A stretch of 64,000 nt of DNA, taken from positions 75,888,001 through 75,952,000 of the forward strand of contig NC_043001.1 of assembly GCF_006345805.1 (NCBI RefSeq). Direction: 5' to 3'. Under the pieces are notes generated by a model. It saw nothing but the letters and a program-made list of their open reading frames with translations. It did no database searches and was not told the DNA's origin. How positions within the stretch are numbered: position 1 is the first letter of the stretch; each line of letters begins with the position of its first letter. This document shows positions 1-12,414 of the stretch, one piece after another. Source of the stretch: Octopus sinensis (Eukaryota). A program made the translations under genes and the position numbers.

Positions 1-150
1 TGTTCCACCGCTACGATGACCTTAAACATCGAATAACAATAGCGATAAACTCAGTGGATCTTCATATGCTGATACGCGTCTGGGGTGAATTCTTTTATCG
101 CATCGATGTTCCCGTGCTGCATGTAGTGGCCACTTGTAAGGAGGAAATAA
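1..150 (+). mobile_element. Tc1/mariner-superfamily transposase C-terminal remnant, cut by the window edge
   Basis: From position 12 it reads YDDLKHRITIAINSVDLHMLIRVWGEFFYRIDV, then a frameshift to RAACSGHL*. This matches the typical L..LK.RI..AI....ML.RVW.E..YR.DVCR...G.H C-terminus. Confidence 0.7.
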
Positions 151-759
151 AAGTTGATTGTAAGTAAATACTTGTGACTTAGCTGGAGTTTTCTATTACT
201 GTTTCATATTAAAATATTGCGCTATATATAAGTTTCCAAAAAATTATCAATACAGTAAGAACATTTAATTGAGGAAATAATTCAAAGCTACTGATTATAC
301 ACACGCGCGTGCGCACACATAAATATTTCAACAGAATGACGCAAATCTTTTGGAAAGAATGTTCGTTTTGTCTAGGCGCTTTTCGAAGTCACTGTTACCC
401 TTTTTCGTGTAAAAGTTAAGTAAACCTGCAGTCTATTGAAAAGTATGGGGTAATCCTTTAGCTTAATGTTAAATTGTGTTAATATATAACTTGAGATAAA
501 AACAAAGAATGATATACATATATTACTTTGGGAACCAGTCGCATTTTTAATGTATTCACTTTGAGCGGAATGTTTGAATACTTAGGGTAAAACATGTTAA
601 TGTTTTGGGTTGTTTTTTTTTTTTGTTTTTTTGTTTCTTTGCAGACTTCTTAATACCATAATGGTTCACTTTATATCGATTTTATCCTTTTAAAATGAAT
701 TTAGATCAGACTTATATCACAATCGTGCCAGATACTGCTCGCTGTGTAAATTCAAAATG

Positions 760-1815
760 AAGCTTTAAACGTCCAGATGTCAATGGTGGTTTTGGCCAGT
801 TTCACTCGGGAAATTTTTATCTCGCATATTTCCCTCTAGACGACCAAATTCTGAAAACTGTAGTTGAGAAAGATCTAAAGCAAACAAATAGCACGAGTGT
901 CTGGCATGGTTCTGAAGCGGGTTTGATCTCAGCTCTTTTTAAAGAGCAAAATCGATACAAACCAGTATTACAACCAAAAAAGTTATGCTCTGCGTTTGGT
1001 GTGATATAAAGAGTGACATCTGAAATGTTAAAACTATAACAAAACAGTAAATGCGGAGAAGTATTGTTATTAATTGGAAGCATTGTATAAAAATTTGCAG
1101 TAAAAGTGCCATCAGTGGTCAGTCATAAAGGCACATTGCTTTTATGTGATAATGCAAGACTACATATAGTCCAAGTCACAGAAAAAAGTTTATAACACTA
1201 AATATGTAAGTTTTGCTTCACCCTCCTTCATGAACTAGGAAAAGTGTCTAAACTTGGTCCGTTGGTCTTTCATCATCTGGCTGCTTCTCAGCTTAACCCA
1301 AAGTGTTGCTTTATGCTCCCCATTGAAGAGTAAACTTGCTACCTAAATTTTCCTGGTGATGCTCTGCAATTAGTGAGATATGAAGAGTGAAGTATGTCAT
1401 GAAATGTTAAACTAAAACAAAAGAGTTAATGCGGAGTATTGTCATTAAAAGTACCATCATAAAGGCATATTGGTCTTAAAAGATAATGCAAAACTACTTA
1501 TTGTCCAAGTCAAAGAGGAAAAGTTTATAGCGCTAAATATGTAAGCTTTGCTTCACATTGCTTATTCCACTGACATTGCCCCATCAATTCAGATGATTGC
1601 GGTGTTATTTAGAAAGAAAATAGTTTATTAATTGTGAAGAGGTTAAATATTATATTGGGTGTCTGCTTCGGAACCTGAACAATTTTACGGCCGAGGGAAT
1701 CAACAATTTACCAAATAGATAGGATTATGTTATCAATAATGAAGGGAAATACATTATCTTAACTAAATATATCCTTTGAAATCAAAGAAGCGACAGGACT
1801 TTCTTTCCTATGTAA
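760..1815 (+). mobile_element. Degenerate mariner transposon with an internally duplicated catalytic segment
   Basis: Fragments KPVLQPKKVMLCVWCD, NKTVNAEKYC, LCDNARLH, HIAYSTDIAPS and GINNLPNR..YVINNEG.YI; about 1010-1230 recurs diverged at about 1380-1560; TIR-like end near 1790-1815. Confidence 0.75.
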
Positions 1816-1845
1816 TACGTCTGTATGTGTGTGTGACTGAGAATG

Positions 1846-1900
<55 letters not shown>

Positions 1901-2021
1901 AATTTAACAATTAAGGATAACTTCTTAATAAGGAATCTTAACAAGAAATTATCAGGTAGATAGCGTGAAAAAACTCATAAGAGAAAAATTTCGAAAATAA
2001 TTCTTTCTATTGAACATATTA

Positions 2022-2379
2022 ATTTATATATAGAGGGCATTATTACACATAAATGCCTCACGCTAAGAGGGACATCAGTCATTTCTACAAAAATTTTACT
2101 AATCATACCCAATCCAATTTTTCAAAGCAAGACATTTAAAAAAATGAATTTAGTCTATATCACCTGTGATTTCGCACTTACCGCAGAAGTGGTAAGTTGG
2201 GGTGACAAACTTCTGCGGTAAGTGCGAAATCACAGGTGATATAAGACTAAATTCATTTTTTTAAATGTCTTGCTTTGAAAAATTGCATTGGGTATGATTA
2301 GTAAAATTTTTGGTAGAAATGACTGATGTCCCTCTTAGCGTGAGGCATTTATGTGTAATAATGCCCTCTATATATAAAT
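2022..2379. repeat. Near-perfect ~170-bp inverted repeat (fold-back) with 18-nt spacer
   Basis: Left arm 2022-2190 (atttatatatagagggcatt...ccgcagaagt) is the reverse complement of 2209-2379, with only a few differences. Confidence 0.95.
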
Positions 2380-2587
2380 ATATATAATATATATATATAA
2401 ATATATATATATATAATATATATATATATATATAATATATATATATATACACATTACATATATGTATGTATACTTACATACAGACACGTGTATATGTATG
2501 TATGTATATATAAATATATATATATATATTATATATATATATATATTATATATATATATATATATTATATATATATATATATATATA

Positions 2588-2765
2588 GTGGCTGTGTGGT
2601 AAGTAGCTTGCTTACACACTTGGTTCCACGTTCAGTCCCACAGCGTGGCACCTTGGGCAAGTGTCTTCTACTATAGCCTCGGGTCGGCCAAAGCCTTCTG
2701 AGTGGATTTGGTAGACGGAAACACTGAAAGAAGCCCGTCGTATATATATATATATATAAATATAC

Positions 2766-2800
<35 letters not shown>

Positions 2801-3005
2801 AGTGTGTGTGTGTGTCTGTGTTTGTCACCCCAACATCGTTTGACAACCGATGCTGGTGTGTTTGGTTCGGCAAAAGATACCGATAGAATAAGTACTAGGC
2901 TTACAAAGAATAAGTCCTGGGGTCGATTTGCTCGACTAAAGGCGATGCTCCAGCATGGCCGCAGTCAAATGACTGAAACAACTAAAAGAGTAAAAAGAGT
3001 AAAGA
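2588..3005 (+). mobile_element. Composite tRNA-derived SINE (tRNA head, CORE-like domain, internal (TA)n(TG)n, 3' module ending in TAAAAGA repeats)
   Basis: A-box-like GTGGCTGTGTGG, B-box-like GTTCAGTCCC and accttgggcaagtgtctt. The same module order recurs at 10402-10900, 23680-23995, 33770-36070 and 57400-57805. Confidence 0.85.
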
Positions 3006-3079
<74 letters not shown>

Positions 3080-3084
3080 GTATT

Positions 3085-3340
3085 ACGTGATCACGTGACT
3101 GACCAGGCTATCGGATGTTGCACATTTCTGGTTGCAATGCGCTGTCGCATTGATTTAGCCTGAAAATGACACCGCCATGTTGGCTAGGCGAACAAGCCAA
3201 CAATCCCTCCTTATTGAAGGGGGACTGGAGCAATGTGAAATGAAGTATTTTGCTCAGGATCATAACGCACCACCCGGTCAGGGAATCGAACCCACGATCT
3301 AGCGATCATGAGTGAAACAGCCTAACCACTAGGCCACACA
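3085..3340 (-). mobile_element. tRNA-derived CORE-type SINE
   Basis: Minus strand has A box TGGCCTAGTGG and B box GGTTCGATTCCC, followed by ctgagcaaaatacttcatttcacattgctccagt. Confidence 0.8.
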
Positions 3341-4073
3341 CCATCACACACATATATATATGTATGCATGTATATATATATATGATCGCATGTTTATGTA
3401 TATGGTAGAGCGTGGGAGGAAAGGAAACAGAGAGGAAATAAAATGAAAATGAAGAAACACATGAAGTGATATAACAAAACAGAGTGTGTGTGAAAGAGAG
3501 TGAGGTGGAAGAAGAGATATGATGAAAAAGAAAGAGAGAAGACAAGGTATCTTCCTCCGAAAATACATGTATTTATGTGGAGCTTGTCAGTTGGTTTTTC
3601 CATTGTAAACACGTGCAGCCTTAACCTGTAGACAAGAGTTGTTTGCTTGTGTAGTTTGTAAGGTCAGACATTTCCACTTGATCATGTCTTGGAGCGTGGC
3701 CAGAATACTCAGACAGTAACCAATATTACTCCCACCCGACACCCGTATCCGACGTACATCCACACCCACACGTATGTATTATACACGCACACATGAACCG
3801 TAAGCCGCCGCGCGCTAACACATACACTCATGCACGCACGCACATATATGCATTTAACTGTACACTTACCTCTGTCAGTCTACTTGTCTCGATACCTACA
3901 CACATACATATATATATACCTACATACATATATATATACCTATATATATATATATATATATATATAGATATATATATATATACCTATATATATATATATA
4001 TATATAGGTATCTATCTATCTGTCTATCTGCCTGTCTATCTATACATACAGTATATATACACACATACATATG

Positions 4074-4160
<87 letters not shown>

Positions 4161-5148
4161 CATATATATAATTTATATATATTTATTTTATATAATATAT
4201 ATGTATGTATGTATGTACGTATTTATATGTACATGCATAAATATATATTATCTATGTATATATATATCAAAATATGCATATATAGACACCAAAAAGTTTT
4301 TAAAAATTCAGTGAGGTGGTGGGAGGACAAGGTAAGATTAAACCTCACATTCAATTAATTCCAGTTTAAATATGTTTCCATTAATCTATTGAGCCTCCCG
4401 CTATGTTTATTGCCCTTTTATATGCGACCTTATTTTGGCCGGCAGTCAAATCTACGTTACATTGTCCATTCACAGGAAAGCCTGCAGGCGCTCGTGTATG
4501 TATATATGTTTGATAGCCGTTTATTTTAACATGAATATAATGTTATAAACAGGATGAAGATTAGGTTATTAACTGTGTTATATCTGGATTGAATGGCATC
4601 TGTAATATATTTAACGTAGAAAAACAAAACCAAAAACAAACATAATCTGCGATATGTTCTCATAGTACCTACACATTCTTCACATTGTACAACATATTGC
4701 ATTACGAATGAATATACTTCGCACACTGAATAACGAAAAAAAGAAACACTTCTTCAATTGTTTAATATTTTATTTCATACAACCAGTTCTGTTCCTCTAA
4801 AATTTCTTAAAGACAAAATCTCATTAAGTAGTCCATTCTTCGGGCCAGAGTCACTCCATTTATATGTATGTATGTAATTATGTATGTATGTATGTATGTA
4901 TGTATATAATATAATATATATATATTACAAAACAAGAAAGTGGCAATATTTTGGTATTATTTATTCTCCATTACAAGTGTTTCATTTGCTAATAGGAATT
5001 ACAAAAATTAACACGTTATATAGACATGTAAGGAACCTCCTATTAGAAATTCGTCAGAGAGAGAAAATTTTGCATAGATATTGATCGTGGAATAAGCAGC
5101 TGTGCTCCAAGAGAAAACAGCTAGGATTTGCCCTAACTACCTATATAA

Positions 5149-5205
<57 letters not shown>

Positions 5206-5218
5206 CTCTCTCTCTCTA

Positions 5219-5251
<33 letters not shown>

Positions 5252-5633
5252 ATGTATTAAATTATCTTATTATCTTATTATCTTATTAAACTTTTAATAC
5301 TTTTTGATAGTTATAAAAAATAAATAAATAAATATAAAAATATAAAAATATTAAAAATATAAAAATATAAAAAATAAATATATATATATAAATAAAAATA
5401 ATAAAAATAATAAAAAAAATTAAATAAATAATAATAATAAATATATATATATTTATAATTTATAAGTTTAAATTATTAATTTAAATATTTTTTAAAATTT
5501 TAACTTTAATCTAAATAGTTTATTTTATATTTTCTATATATTTTTTAATGAATTTTATTTCTATGTATTGGCTAGTGATTTTCACTGTTTGATTTGCCTA
5601 GTAGTGGTTTTATCTCTAATTTAATATAGTATA

Positions 5634-5717
<84 letters not shown>

Positions 5718-5721
<4 letters not shown>

Positions 5722-6030
5722 TCGAGCTTACGATCGTGAGGTTGTGAGCTCGAATCCCGGACCGGGCTGCGTGTTGTGTTCTCGAGCAAGGCACTTTATT
5801 TCACGCTGCTCCAGTTCACTCAGCTGTAGAAATGAGTTGCGACGTCACAGGTGCCAAGCTGTATCGACCTTTGTCTTTCCCTTGGATAACACTGGTGGCG
5901 TAGAGAGGGGAGGCTGGTATGCATGGGCGACTGCTAGCCTTCCATAAACAACCTTGCCCGGACTTGTGTCTAGGAGGGTAACTTTCTAGGTGCAATCCCA
6001 TGGTCATTCATGACCGAAGGGGGTCTCCCT
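5718..6030 (+). mobile_element. tRNA-derived CORE-type SINE, head truncated
   Basis: gagctcgaatcccgg B box, then ttctcgagcaaggcactttatttcacgctgctccagttcactcagctgtagaaatgag. The 3' half is shared with 14275-14470. Confidence 0.8.
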
Positions 6031-6040
6031 TCCCCCCCTT

Positions 6041-6096
<56 letters not shown>

Positions 6097-6192
6097 CGGG
6101 AAGCTTTATGAAAATAAACAAAAGACGAAGGCAGGTGGAAAACAACGAACAATTGTATTAGTATGGCGCTCAGGAAATATAAATAAAACAAG

Positions 6193-6230
6193 TCTTTAAC
6201 GTTTCGAGCCTACGCTCTTCAACAGAAAGA
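6193..6230 (-). ncRNA. Minimal type I hammerhead-like motif with A6U core variant
   Basis: Minus strand: tcttt CTGTTGA a GAGC gtag GCTC GAAA CGTT aaaga. Stems I and II are perfect; the core is CUGUUGA rather than CUGANGA. Confidence 0.6.
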
Positions 6231-6312
6231 TACACAGAGAGAGAAAAACACAGAAAGAAAGAGAGAAAAAAAATGCGTGCAGTAGCTAACGAATCAACAT
6301 GATATATGTATA

Positions 6313-6369
<57 letters not shown>

Positions 6370-6612
6370 TATGGTAGAATTAAGAGTCCCTACTAGCGTG
6401 AGATATTTATGTATAGTGATGCCATTAATATAAATAAATATATTTACAAAGAATAATTGATAAATTTTTCCTTGTGAGGTTTTCACGCTAACTACTTGAT
6501 AAATTCTTATAAAGATTTTATCCGAGTTTTAAATATACCTATATCTATCTATTATCTATCTATCCATCTATCTATCTAGCTAGCTAGCTAGCTAGCTAGC
6601 TACATATATATA

Positions 6613-6692
<80 letters not shown>

Positions 6693-7102
6693 ACCACATA
6701 AATAATATTTTATAAACAAATCCGAAAGGCTTTGCGACTTACAGCAAGGAAGCTACTATGGAAGGCTCGTAGTATAATAACTGTATATAAAAAATATCAT
6801 AATGATCTTTATTCTCCAATTTTGAAGCGACAATTTTTAAATATAAACAAATGACCGAAAAATGATGAGCTAACCTCAGGCTGAATCAAACTCACAAATC
6901 GATGCTTTCATGGCTCCTTGCGAATCTGGTTGGCCAAATTTTCACCCATCAATTTCATTCAAATTTAGTATTTTAGTGTCATAGGAGATTGTAAATTTCT
7001 CCAATACTGAATTTCGGTAAGCTGAAAAAAAGTTATTTTATAGTCCACAGTTAGCAACTAGGATTTCACTTGCTCCATTCCCTCAATTTGAATCTAAAAT
7101 AA

Positions 7103-7139
<37 letters not shown>

Positions 7140-7147
7140 GTATATTA

Positions 7148-7990
7148 TATCAAAGTCAATGTTTTTATGAGTGGTCCTGTGTACGTGCGTTACTTAAAGA
7201 CTTGAAAACTTCTGGACCGATCCTAATGAAATTTGGAATACAAAATCCAAGCCTAAGGAGAATGTTAATAGCGTACGTTTCATACAATTTTGAGGAGGCA
7301 TAAAGGGGGAAGAACCCCCCCATGAAAAATCACATTCATGAAATTTAAACCATAGGTATTGGAAATAAATTTTAAAATATACCCAAAATTTCCATTTCTT
7401 TCGATGATTCTAATGCCCCCTAATAGGAGCTTAACCCCCAAATTTTAGTCATTTTTCATGGACCAAAACTACTGAACGGATCGTTATTATATTTGGAACT
7501 TAGATTCAATGCATAAGGGCGGGTATAATGCAGTATGTTTGGTTTGAATTTGACAGAGCTTAAAGAACTCGCCATGAAAATTCACAAATTTCCGATGTTG
7601 ATGAAATTTCAGCCATTGGTATTTGACACAAATCAAGAAGTATTCCCAAAGTTTCCGCTTCTCGTGAGGATTCAAAGATCCTCTAATGGATGTCTAAACT
7701 CCCAAATTTCAGTAATTTTTATGACCCATAACAAGGTCAAAAGTACTCAATGGATCTTTATGAAATTTGGAAATTATATTCTATATATGAAAATGAGGGG
7801 GCATAAATGAGACCATAACTACCATGAAAATTCATATATTTTTGCTGTTGATGAAATTTAAATCATATATATTAGACACAAATGAAGGAATATTCCTAAA
7901 ATTTCAACTTCTTAGGAGGATAGTATGTCCTTTTAATGGGGACTTAACCCACACAATTTAATCATTTTTCCTAAGCCAAGACAAATACAC
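7148..7990 (+). mobile_element. Non-autonomous Helitron-like element with about three diverged ~265-bp internal tandem units
   Basis: Starts in a TA run with atcaaagtcaatgt. The motif aaaac.tctg.acc.gatc.taatgaaatttgga recurs at about 7206, 7465 and 7739. Confidence 0.55.
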
Positions 7991-8076
7991 TTGTAGTCTT
8001 GGAAGCTGTAGAGGTACCTGAGGATACAAGATGAGCGTTATTTGTAATTCAATGGTACAACAGTATAAGAGTTTGC

Positions 8077-8626
8077 TTATTTCGTGTTAAAGTTGTCGTA
8101 TTTCAGTAATTTCAACCAATCAATGACGTGTATTCAGCTGAATAAAATTACTGCTGTTGTTTGTCAACAACAACTATCGGCGGTGTATATTTCGTTTGTC
8201 ACTGTTATTTATGACAGCATTCATGCGATTGTACTAGTTTTAGCTTTAGGGTTTTATGGTTAGGGTTAAGGTTTTAGGGTTGGTTAGGGTTAGGGTTGGG
8301 GTTTTAGGGTTAGGTTTGGGGTTTTAGGGTTAGAGTTACGGAAAAAATTTAAAAAATGAAGGCATATTTCATCTCAGTTACGTTTGCATGAATAAACGAG
8401 TGTATCTGAAGCATGTTTATTTCATGGTACCACCATAATCGCTCGTGCATTTCTACTGCTTTTAGTTTTTTTCCCGTTTTTCAGCTACTATTTTCGGAAA
8501 AACATTTTTCCCTCGTTTATTCATACAAACGTAACTAAGATGAAATATGTCATAAATAACAGTGGAAAACGAAATATACATCGCCGGATGTTGTAGTTGA
8601 CAAACGACAACTTTAACACGAAATAA
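8077..8626. mobile_element. Fold-back/MITE-like element with nested inverted repeats and an internal degenerate (TTAGGG)n tract
   Basis: IR pairs 8077-8099/8604-8626, 8160-8216/8548-8604 and 8363-8400/8512-8549; TTAGGG-like tract at about 8245-8335. Confidence 0.8.
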
Positions 8627-8769
8627 CTTCGTAGATATACACTTTTCTCAACAACGCTAAGAGTAAAAGATGTTTTATATGACACATTCTACCAGTATAC
8701 AAATTTTGAAATTGTTTAGTTACACAAAATTATTTTCTAAATCTGCCGGTCAAAAGGTAAAAATCCATT

Positions 8770-9545
8770 TCAGGTCTTCGGGGTAGTCGATTACATCAAC
8801 ACCAGTGCTCAACTGGTATATATTTTATCGACTCTGAAAGGATGAAAGGCAAAGTCGACCTCGTCGGAATTTGAACTCAAGGCAGACAAAATGCCACTAA
8901 GTATTTTGCCTAGCATGCTAACGATTCTGCCAGCTCGCCACTTAAGTATACAAGATAAATATTCTCTTCTACTATAGGCACAAGGCCTGAAATTTCAGGG
9001 GAGAGGGTTAATCTATTAGATCGACCCCACTGCTCAACTGCTCGAAAGGATGGAATGCAAAGTTGGCCTCGGTGAAATTTGAACTTAGAACGTAAAGACG
9101 GACGAAATACTGCTAAGTATTTTGCCGGTGTGCTAACAATTCTTTTCTACTCTAGCCACAAGGCCCGAAATTTTGGGGTAAGGGGCCAGGTAATTAGATC
9201 GACCTCAGTACGTAACTGGTTCTTAATTCATCAATCCCGAAATAATGACGAAATACTGCTAAGCACTTCGCCCGGCGTGCTAACAATTCTGCCATTATAC
9301 GAGATAAATATTTATTTCTTTATTGCCCACAGGGGGCTAAACATAGAGGGTACAAACAAGGACAAACAAACGGATTAAGTCGATTATATCGACCCCAGTG
9401 CGTAACTGGTACTGATTTAATCGATCCCGAAAGGATGAAAGGTAAAGTCGACCTCGGCGAAATTTGAACTCAGAACGTAGCGGCAGGCGAAATACCGCTA
9501 AGCATTTCATTCGCCGTGCTAACGATTCTGCCAGCTCGCCGCTTT
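8770..9545 (-). mobile_element. Cluster of four head-to-tail tRNA-SINEs with a Meta-domain-like centre
   Basis: Repeated minus-strand gagctggcagaatcgttagc...gagttcaaattccgccgaggtcgactttgcctttcatcctttcggggtcgataaattaagtaccag; copies at about 8770, 8964, 9144 and 9310. Confidence 0.85.
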
Positions 9546-10401
9546 TATAAGAGATAAATATTACTAATAAAATAAAGAGGTACATGTTAAGGTCGATATG
9601 GTCGACACCTTGAAAACTGTGCTACATAATGGCCGTTATCCAATAACTGAAATTAGTAAGCAAATAAAATAATTATAAACATTGTAAATTAATAAGGAGA
9701 GGCGCTTGAGATCTTACATAAGATAGAGAGGAAATCCTTGAAAGGGAGGCAGAGGTCGTGATGGGTGAGGTAGAGGAAATTGTTGAAGGTAAAGTAGAGG
9801 AGATTGAGACGGGTGTGGTAGAAGAGATCGTTCAGAGTGAGAAGAAAATGGTGGTGGGTGAGAACTAGAGGTGAGAGGGTAAGGATATCGTTTTGGAAAT
9901 ATACAGCGATGTGTAATGTTACAAACACTCTCATACGTTACATGACAGCAAGTAGGAGAAGCTGGCATTATCTTCGCAAAAACCCGATATAGGAAGCTTT
10001 CTAAATGGTTTCTCTCTTTTCATATTATTTTATGGATTAGCACTAATGCACAAAACAACAACTGGTTGCTGATAAAACGTATATTATTACATCTGTAATA
10101 CATGTACACATATTTTAACGTACATACACACATACGCATACGTATTCACATACAAACATACATACATATATGCATACATACATACATATGCATATATATA
10201 CATTTATATAAACGTACTTATCGATATGTACATTTCATTCAATATATATATATATATATATATATAGCTGTAGGCATGTATGTATGTATGTATGTATGTA
10301 TGTATGTATGTATGTATGTATGTATGTATCTATGTATGTATGTACGTACGTGCGTATGTAAATATGTATATGTGCGCATGTATACATGCATATCTATATA
10401 T

Positions 10402-10601
10402 GGTTCGACCAAAGCCTTGCGAGTGCATTTAGTAGACGGAAACTGAAAGGAGCCTTCGTATAATATGTGTGTGTGTGTGAGAGAGAGTGTGTGTGTATGT
10501 GTGTGCGTGTATGTGTGTGTACATACACGCACACACAAATATATATATATATATGACGTGTATTCTTCTTCATACATACATACATGTATATGTATACACA
10601 C

Positions 10602-10677
<76 letters not shown>

Positions 10678-10900
10678 GGGGTGTATGTATACGTGTCTTT
10701 GTGTACGTGTTTGTCCACATCACCGTTTGGCAACTGATGTTGGTTTGTTTACTTCCCCGTAGATTAACGGTTCGGTGAAAGAGATAATGGACTAAGTACT
10801 GGGTTAAAAAAATAAGTACTGGAGTCGGTTTCTTCGACTAAACCCTCCAAGGCGGTGCTCTAGTATGGCCGCAATTTAATGGGTAGAACTAGTAAACGAT
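10402..10900 (+). mobile_element. 5'-truncated composite SINE with expanded internal microsatellite
   Basis: Same 5' module end (gtagacggaaactgaaagg...cgta) and 3' module (caccgtttggcaactgatgttgg...ggcggtgctctagtatggccgc) as 2588-3005. Confidence 0.75.
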
Positions 10901-11013
10901 AAAAAATTATATATGTATATATATACATATTTATACATACACGTATTTATATATATTCACATGTATAACGTATTATATAATAGTTGATAAACATATTTAT
11001 GCATATATGTATA

Positions 11014-11123
<110 letters not shown>

Positions 11124-11195
11124 ACATATATATATATATATTATATATATATATATGAATATATATACATTCATATATGAATTTATGTATATATG

Positions 11196-11233
<38 letters not shown>

Positions 11234-11859
11234 TATACCTCACATGCCTCAGATAGATTACAAGCTACGCTCCATGACATGGTTAGCATAGAAGTTCCGT
11301 TTTATTAACGTATATTATTGTTGAAGCTGGCTTCGGTTGCACATTGAAGGAAAGAATTGTTGTCTGGAGAGTCATATCTGGATAATTGTTGTTTATTTAT
11401 AACAATGTTTGTTTTCGTTGTGGGAAGTTACAACTAGTCAGCTTCCAAATGTATTTATATATAAACTATATAGAAATAACGTCGGATTCGTATCTACTTA
11501 AAATGGCGGAGGCGAATAAGGCAAAATAGTTTCTTGTATCACTGGAATTACTTGTCTAAGATTCGTTGTTTTTGTTGTTGTTATTGCTATTGTTATTTTT
11601 GTTTTTGTTGCGGTTGTTTAGAAGCTAGGTTCACGTTACTTTAATCAAGTAAACCTATATACAAACATTTTTGCCTTCGACGAACATCTCAAAAATACCT
11701 TCTCTTTTATTCGTTTATTTTTTCTTTTTCAGATTCGACTACGTTATCCGACGTGACCATAAAGTTTTAAAACGGTGTTGTATTTTAAAGACTTAGCTGC
11801 TATTTCTAAAAGTTCATGAAATTTTCTAGAGACATTCAGCTCACTCGTATATATTCTAA

Positions 11860-11985
11860 GGGCGTATGGCTTGGTGGTTAGAGTGTTGCACTCACGATCG
11901 CGAGATTGTTGTTTCAATTCCTAGATCCGTTGTATTCTTGAGCAATACACTTTATTTCATGTTGCTCTGCCACCACTTCGACGTG
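11860..11985 (+). mobile_element. tRNA-derived SINE head and CORE fragment
   Basis: tggcttggtggttagagtgttgcactcacgatcgcgagattgttgtttcaattcc...ttcttgagcaatacactttatttc. Confidence 0.7.
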
Positions 11986-12414
11986 CAACGTCTATTTGAT
12001 GTACAGCACATACACTTAATCACTATAAACAAATCATTTGTGCAAGTCGTTCAGCAAAGGCCGAATATTCATACGTTGTTTTCATGTCCGGTAAGGTTAC
12101 CGTCATCAATTTACCGCATAGAAAGTTCATCGTATGGAACGTTCACTGCGAGGGAAGTTCACCGCAAGGAAATTTTATAGAGAGATAAATTCACAGTAAA
12201 AGTATAAAAAAAAATATTTTCCAACTACAATGTATTTAATCAATGGATAGGAAACTTCTCATTAAATCAAGATAAAAAATAACCTTATCAAAATTCATTC
12301 CAAAATTAAATGGGTTTGATCAGTCAACTTAATGAACAACATTTAAAAGATTAATGAGTTTAATCAAATAAGTAAACCATATTTCTAATGAATGATGTTA
12401 TGTTCTATTCCATG

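Noticed and set aside
4325-4500. Donor-like AAG|GTAAGA and a motif-rich unique stretch
   Set aside because: No convincing acceptor or open exon, and conservation cannot be judged from one sequence.
5260-5640. Almost pure A/T tract of about 400 bp
   Set aside because: Low-complexity decay or poor base calling next to (TA)n; no structure found.
7200-7990. Spaced repeats resembling a CRISPR-like array
   Set aside because: The units are ~265 bp and homologous throughout, with no short repeat/unique spacer structure and no cas genes.
8245-8335. Possible chromosome end
   Set aside because: The TTAGGG tract is short, degenerate and enclosed by inverted repeats.
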